DNA from: Spirochaetia bacterium
GTDB taxonomy: Bacteria > Spirochaetota > Spirochaetia > UBA9216
Assembly (NCBI GenBank): GCA_963675665.1
Contig: OY776510.1
Coordinates: 4,320,001-4,384,000 of the forward strand
Direction of reading: 5' to 3'
Length of the DNA stretch: 64,000 nt
Shown: positions 59,274 through 64,000 of the stretch, one piece after another
How the letters are laid out: each line of letters starts with the position of its first letter
How positions within the stretch are numbered: position 1 is the first letter of the stretch
Program-made: the position numbers and the translations under genes
Notes under the pieces: generated by a model
The model's database searches: none
The model's input: the letters and a program-made list of their open reading frames with translations, nothing else
What the model was told of the DNA's origin: nothing

Positions 59274-60206
59274 ATGAACAGAATAAAATCAGCAGCAATA
59301 ATCGGCGCAGGGGCCCTCGGCCTCCTTTACGCTGAACAAATGAAATCCTGTCTCGGAAGAAACTGTTTTTTTCTTGCCGGAGGCGACAGATATAATCGTA
59401 TCAAAGACGGCAAGTTTAGAATAAACAACCGCTCAGAACAATTTTCAGTCGAATCCGCAGAAACGTTTCGCAATGGCAAGCGCACAAAACCTGAATTAAT
59501 CCTTGTTGCAGTAAAAAATCACCACCTTACCGATATTATCCCCCTGCTGGAATCAGCCGTTACCAACGACTCTATAATTATCCCGGTACTTAACGGAATA
59601 GACAGCGAAAATATTATCGAACGGCATTTCCCACGGGCACAGGTAATCCGAACTGTAGCAGTCGGCATGGACGCAGTAAAGGAAGGAAGAAAACTGGATT
59701 ATACTGTTTCGGGAAAGCTTCTTATTGGAATGAAGGACAATGACAAATCAAATCCCCACCTGCTCAGGCTTTCAGAGTTTCTCGATTCATGCGGAATGGC
59801 ATATGAAATTCCGGACGACATCGAGCGCTCTATGTGGTGGAAATGGATGATAAATATCGGAGTCAACCAGGCGTCCGCCGTGACCGGAGCCAACTACGGC
59901 GTTTTTCATAACGATAATACCGCCCAATCACTGATGAACGCCGCCATGCAGGAAACAATAAATGTCGCCAAAGCAGCCGGAGTCGACCTTCGTGATGAAG
60001 ATATTCCGAACTGGTATCCGATACTAAACAGCCTGGGAGCCGCCAATAAAACATCGATGCTGCAGGACATCGAAGCCGGCCGGAAAACCGAGGTTGAAGC
60101 ATTCAGCGGGAAACTGATTGAACTCAGCGAAGAACTGGACATCGATGTCCCGGTTAACCGCACTTTATTTCAGATCATTAAAACAAAGGAACTGGTTTAC
60201 AGTTAA
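59274..60206 (+). CDS. panE: 2-dehydropantoate 2-reductase (ketopantoate reductase family)
   Basis: GAGALG, VAVK, LNGI, WWKWMIN, TSMLQD...RKTE. Confidence 0.88.
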   Translation: MNRIKSAAIIGAGALGLLYAEQMKSCLGRNCFFLAGGDRYNRIKDGKFRINNRSEQFSVESAETFRNGKRTKPELILVAVKNHHLTDIIPLLESAVTNDSIIIPVLNGIDSENIIERHFPRAQVIRTVAVGMDAVKEGRKLDYTVSGKLLIGMKDNDKSNPHLLRLSEFLDSCGMAYEIPDDIERSMWWKWMINIGVNQASAVTGANYGVFHNDNTAQSLMNAAMQETINVAKAAGVDLRDEDIPNWYPILNSLGAANKTSMLQDIEAGRKTEVEAFSGKLIELSEELDIDVPVNRTLFQIIKTKELVYS

Positions 60207-60213
60207 AGAATGA

Positions 60214-60247
60214 GCTGCTTTCTAAACTGCGGTAGTTTCGAAAGAGC
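60214..60247. terminator. Imperfect hairpin after panE (REP-like or terminator)
   Basis: GCTGCTTTCTAAACTGCGGTAGTTTCGAAAGAGC. Confidence 0.45.
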
Positions 60248-60302
60248 CTTAATAAATATTTTTTTTGTATTATCATACATAATAAGTTAAAATAAACATG
60301 TT

Positions 60303-61736
60303 ATGAAAAGAAATACCGATTTTGCCATGACAAAAATTATCGGCACTATCGGACCGGCTGTTGATACTCCGGAGATGATGTCAAAAATGATTCTTGCCGG
60401 TCTTGATGTTGTCCGTTTGAATTTCAGTCATGGAAGCCATGATCAGCATGCTGAAAATATACGCATTATCAAGGAAGGCGCCAGAATAGCCGACAGCCCG
60501 GTAGCAATTCTTGCCGACCTTTGCGGGCCCAAGATTCGTTTGGGCTTGATTAAACAGGAATTCAATATCAATTCGGGAGAGACAATAGTAATTTCGACCG
60601 ATCCTGAGAGTTACAGCGGAAATCACAAAATGATCCCTGCCGAATACGAACCTCTGGCGGGCGACGTTAAACCTGGCGACAGGATACTTATTGACGACGG
60701 TCTGCTTCAGCTCACGGTTATCGAGAGTTCGGGCCAAAATGTTGTCTGTGAGGTGATCGACGGAGGAACCGTAAAATCACGAAAGGGAATGAACCTTCCG
60801 AATGTTGAAATCAGCGAACCGGCAATAACTGCCAAAGACAGAAAAGATCTCGATTTTATATTGGCAAATGATATTGATTTAATAGCCCTGTCGTTTGTAA
60901 GAAACCACAACGATATCCGCGAACTCCGCTGGCTTATGAAGGAGCGTAACAGGATGCTGCCTGTCATCGCAAAGATAGAAAAGCCCGAAGCAATTCGTGA
61001 TCTGGACGCAATTATAAATGAAACCGATATGATAATGGTGGCCCGGGGCGACCTCGGGGTGGAACTGCCGCCGCAGGAGGTTCCGACGCTTCAGAAGCAG
61101 ATTATCCGTAAATGCATATCGGCAAATAAACCGGTCATTACCGCTACACAGATGCTCGAGTCAATGATACAAAACCCCCGCCCCACCCGGGCCGAAGCAA
61201 GCGACGTGGCCAATGCTGTCTATGACGGTACCGACGCAGTCATGCTGAGCGGAGAAACATCCGTCGGACTGCATCCGCTTGCGGCAGTTAGAATAATGGA
61301 ACAGATTGTACGTTCTTCCGAACATCACGCTATGTCTGATGAATTCGTGAAAATAAGACGAAGCAGCGAAAAACTGACCAATGAAGAAAATATCTGCAGA
61401 TCGGCCTGCATCATGGCCCAGGAAGCAGGCGCAAAAGCTATTATTGCAATCACGCGATCCGGCAAAACAGCAAGACTGCTGTCGAAGTATCGTTCCGATG
61501 TACCGATACTGGCCTTTTCTCAAAGCGAACGGACAATACGCGAACTTAATATAGTATGGGGAGTACAGGGAGAAATTCTCGACGAAGTCGGAGATACCGA
61601 TGAAACGCTTAAACGGACAAAACTGGCGGCGATTGAACGGGGATACCTCCGTCCTGGAGACAAGGTTGTTTATACAACCGGCATTCCGTTGTTGAAAAGC
61701 AAAGCTGCAAACATGGTCAAGATAGATACTGTCTGA
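60303..61736 (+). CDS. pyk: Pyruvate kinase
   Basis: TKIIGTIGP, RLNFSHG, AKIE, MVARGDLG, TATQMLESM, DAVMLSGET. Confidence 0.97.
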   Translation: MKRNTDFAMTKIIGTIGPAVDTPEMMSKMILAGLDVVRLNFSHGSHDQHAENIRIIKEGARIADSPVAILADLCGPKIRLGLIKQEFNINSGETIVISTDPESYSGNHKMIPAEYEPLAGDVKPGDRILIDDGLLQLTVIESSGQNVVCEVIDGGTVKSRKGMNLPNVEISEPAITAKDRKDLDFILANDIDLIALSFVRNHNDIRELRWLMKERNRMLPVIAKIEKPEAIRDLDAIINETDMIMVARGDLGVELPPQEVPTLQKQIIRKCISANKPVITATQMLESMIQNPRPTRAEASDVANAVYDGTDAVMLSGETSVGLHPLAAVRIMEQIVRSSEHHAMSDEFVKIRRSSEKLTNEENICRSACIMAQEAGAKAIIAITRSGKTARLLSKYRSDVPILAFSQSERTIRELNIVWGVQGEILDEVGDTDETLKRTKLAAIERGYLRPGDKVVYTTGIPLLKSKAANMVKIDTV

Positions 61737-61825
61737 TACTTTTATAGTAAAACTCAATGAATTGTTGAGTCTGATCCCGTTGTTCAAAGCGGGATAGTGT
61801 TTCTACAAATAATAACATTTTTCTC

Positions 61826-61893
61826 TTGACCCTGAAACTATTGTATTGTAGTCTGAATAACCGACTAATCGGTCTATATAGCGACCGGTCAGT
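61826..61893 (+). promoter_or_regulatory. Promoter (TTGACC-17-TAGTCT) followed by two TetR-like operators
   Basis: ACCGACTAATCGGT (61860-61873) and AGCGACCGGTCAGT (61880-61893), just downstream of the -10. Confidence 0.6.
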
Positions 61894-61912
61894 CGTATTT
61901 CGGAGGAGAAAA

Positions 61913-63061
61913 ATGAAGAAATTTTCAGTATTGAGCCTTATCCTGATATTGACCGTATCCGCTCTTTTCGCAGGCGGAAATCAGGAAGCGGAAACAGTAA
62001 AAATCGGCGCCCTGTTTGCCGTAACAGGCGGCGCATCATTTCTGGGAGCGCCTGAGGCAAGAACAGCCGAGATGGTTGTAGAAAACATAAATGCCGCAGG
62101 AGGCGTAGACGGCAAAATGTTTGAGCTCATTATCAAGGATACTGCGGGTAATCCTGAAAAAGCAATATCATTTGCCAAACAGCTTATTGAAGAAGATCGG
62201 GTAACAGCCATTATCGGCCCCAGCACCAGCGGAGAAACTATGCAGATTAAGGATTTATGCGAATCGTATAAAACACCGCTGCTGTCATGTGCCGCTGCCG
62301 AAGCAATTGTTGATCCTGTAGCATCCTACGTTTTTAAAACTCCGCAGAAAGACAGCTACGTAGCAAAATGGATTTTTGAAACTATGAATAATATGGGCAT
62401 CAACCGAGTGGGAATTGTCGGAGCCAATACCGGTTTCGGAAACGCCGGCCTGGGCCAGCTTGAGAAATACGCGCCTGAATTCGGAATCGAAATAGTTGCA
62501 AAGGAAACTTACGACAGCGCCGCAACGGACCTTACAGCAGTTCTTACAAAAATTAAGGCCAAAAACGTTGAAGCCGTTGTCAACTGGTCAATTGTTCCGG
62601 CCCAGTCAATCGTACCGAAAAACATGAAACAACTCGGTATGGGGGTTCCGCTTTTTCAAAGCCACGGCTTTGGAAACATCAAATACGCCGAAGCGGCAGG
62701 AGCAGCGGCAGAAGGAATTATCTTCCCCGCCGGCCAGCTTCTTGTTGCTGAAAAGCTCCCGGCTGATCATCCCCAGAAAAAAGCGGTGACAGCTTATAAA
62801 TCTGAATACGAAGGTAAATTCAACGAACCGGTTTCCGGTTTCGGCGGATATTCCTATGACGCAGTAATGCTTATAGCCAAAGCAATCGAAATTGCCGGAA
62901 GCGCCGACCGTGCCGCTGTACGGGATGCGCTCGAATCAATTACGGGATTTGCAGGTGCCAGCGGAGTATTCAACATGTCTCCTGAAGATCATAACGGGCT
63001 CGATATGAGTTCAATAGAAATACTGACCGTTAAAAACGGACAGTTCGATCTTTATAAATAA
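61913..63061 (+). CDS. Branched-chain amino acid / aromatic acid ABC transporter substrate-binding protein
   Basis: LFAGGNQE signal, KIGALFAVTG, IIGPSTSG, FQSHG; GGAGG RBS. Confidence 0.9.
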   Translation: MKKFSVLSLILILTVSALFAGGNQEAETVKIGALFAVTGGASFLGAPEARTAEMVVENINAAGGVDGKMFELIIKDTAGNPEKAISFAKQLIEEDRVTAIIGPSTSGETMQIKDLCESYKTPLLSCAAAEAIVDPVASYVFKTPQKDSYVAKWIFETMNNMGINRVGIVGANTGFGNAGLGQLEKYAPEFGIEIVAKETYDSAATDLTAVLTKIKAKNVEAVVNWSIVPAQSIVPKNMKQLGMGVPLFQSHGFGNIKYAEAAGAAAEGIIFPAGQLLVAEKLPADHPQKKAVTAYKSEYEGKFNEPVSGFGGYSYDAVMLIAKAIEIAGSADRAAVRDALESITGFAGASGVFNMSPEDHNGLDMSSIEILTVKNGQFDLYK

Positions 63062-63078
63062 ACTGCTGTATCAGAACC

Positions 63079-63966
63079 GTGTTCGAACAGATTTTACAGT
63101 ATATTTTTTCAGGTATAACCGTCGGCAGCATCTACGCATTCGTTGCGATAGGATATAACATCATCTATAACACTACCGGCATTATAAATTTCGCCCAGGG
63201 CGAATTTGTAATGCTCGGAGGGATGATTGCATATACTTTTTCGGGCTTTATGCCCCTGCTGCCGGCGATTGCCTGCGCGGTTCTGATAACGGCGGCAGTC
63301 GGGGGGATCATTGAAAATGTGTTCATCCGGCGAATGAGAAAGGCATCTGTTATAGGAATGATCGTCATCACAATCGGGCTGTCAATCCTTATCCGTGAAT
63401 TTTCGCTCTACATCTGGGACGAACAGATACGGGCCCTGGCTTTTTTCACCGGCAGCGAAATATCGTCGGTTAAAATCTTCGGAGCAAGAATATCTCCCCA
63501 GGTATTATGGGTACTCGGAACAACACTTGTTTTGACAATATGTTTGTATATCTTTCTGAAATTCACGCTTACAGGTCAGGCCATGCGGGCCTGCTCAGAA
63601 AATCCGAAGGCCGCCCTGCTTTGCGGAATCCGTACCGACAGAATGATAAGCCTGTCGTTTATGATTTCGGCGGGCATAGGCGCTCTCGGCGGAACTGTAG
63701 TCTCTCCGTTGACCCAGACCCATTATGCAATGGGTACGGATCTTGCAGTAAAAGGTTTTACTGTTGCAATCCTGGGAGGATTGGGAAACCCGCTTTCTGC
63801 GGTTGCCGCAGGCCTTTTGCTTGGACTGATTGAATCTTTCAGTATCAGCATACTTCCCATGGCATATAAAGATGTTATCTCAATTATAATTCTTTTGATC
63901 ATACTTGTTGCAAGGCCTTCCGGGCTGTTCGGCTCCAGCGCTGCAGCAGCATTGAAGGATTACTGA
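63079..63966 (+). CDS. livH: Branched-chain amino acid ABC transporter permease
   Basis: GSIYAFVAIG, INFAQGEFVMLG, GQAMRACSEN, ILGGLG. Confidence 0.9.
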   Translation: MFEQILQYIFSGITVGSIYAFVAIGYNIIYNTTGIINFAQGEFVMLGGMIAYTFSGFMPLLPAIACAVLITAAVGGIIENVFIRRMRKASVIGMIVITIGLSILIREFSLYIWDEQIRALAFFTGSEISSVKIFGARISPQVLWVLGTTLVLTICLYIFLKFTLTGQAMRACSENPKAALLCGIRTDRMISLSFMISAGIGALGGTVVSPLTQTHYAMGTDLAVKGFTVAILGGLGNPLSAVAAGLLLGLIESFSISILPMAYKDVISIIILLIILVARPSGLFGSSAAAALKDY

Positions 63967-64000
63967 TGCAGGAGCACTCCATTCTTAAACATTTCGGTAA
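63966..64000 (+). CDS. Start of the next ORF, probably a LivM-type permease (truncated)
   Basis: ATG overlaps the livH stop (TGATG) and the frame is open to the window end; identity inferred from context only. Confidence 0.45.
   Translation, partial: MQEHSILKHFG

Noticed and set aside
147-63833. Many antisense or overlapping ORFs in the supplied track (e.g. 147-746, 22355-22978, 61161-61787, 56157-56381)
   Set aside because: They are shadows of well-supported genes on the opposite strand or frame, with no recognisable motifs or RBS.
1-64000. Mobile elements, prophage, defence systems, tRNA/rRNA, CRISPR
   Set aside because: No integrase, transposase, phage, nuclease or cas motifs, no cloverleaf and no repeat-spacer periodicity were seen by eye.

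Overview
Gene-dense 64 kb bacterial chromosome segment with no rRNA, tRNA, CRISPR or transposase seen. It is probably from an anaerobic Spirochaetota, inferred from the AFAGGQQE / LFAGGNQE / ASGSRE export signals. About 33 kb (2590-35860, all minus strand) is a continuous signal-transduction cluster with three parts. (1) A Wsp-like chemosensory system without CheY: PilZ, 2 MCPs, 2 CheW, CheB, CheR-TPR and CheA-REC, whose output gene is a REC-adenylate cyclase. (2) FapA/DUF342, several PAS/GAF/REC kinases, an HD-GYP phosphodiesterase and a MAC2-type kinase/CheR/CheB module with an orphan binding lipoprotein. (3) At the head, an output-less REC-GAF-PAS-PAS-PocR sensor, a HisKA_3 kinase and a NarL-type regulator, followed by a candidate operator. 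The second half holds a LacI-controlled sugar ABC + GH172 operon with perfect promoters and operators, and a yjdF gene behind a divergent yjdF (azaaromatic) riboswitch with a clear anti-SD platform. It also holds a sigma54-driven sugar ABC + split transketolase + tungsten-type aldehyde:ferredoxin oxidoreductase operon (a candidate new catabolic route), and ordinary genes (NAT, esterase, MCP, panE, pyk, liv-type ABC). All calls come from manual motif recognition; no searches were run.
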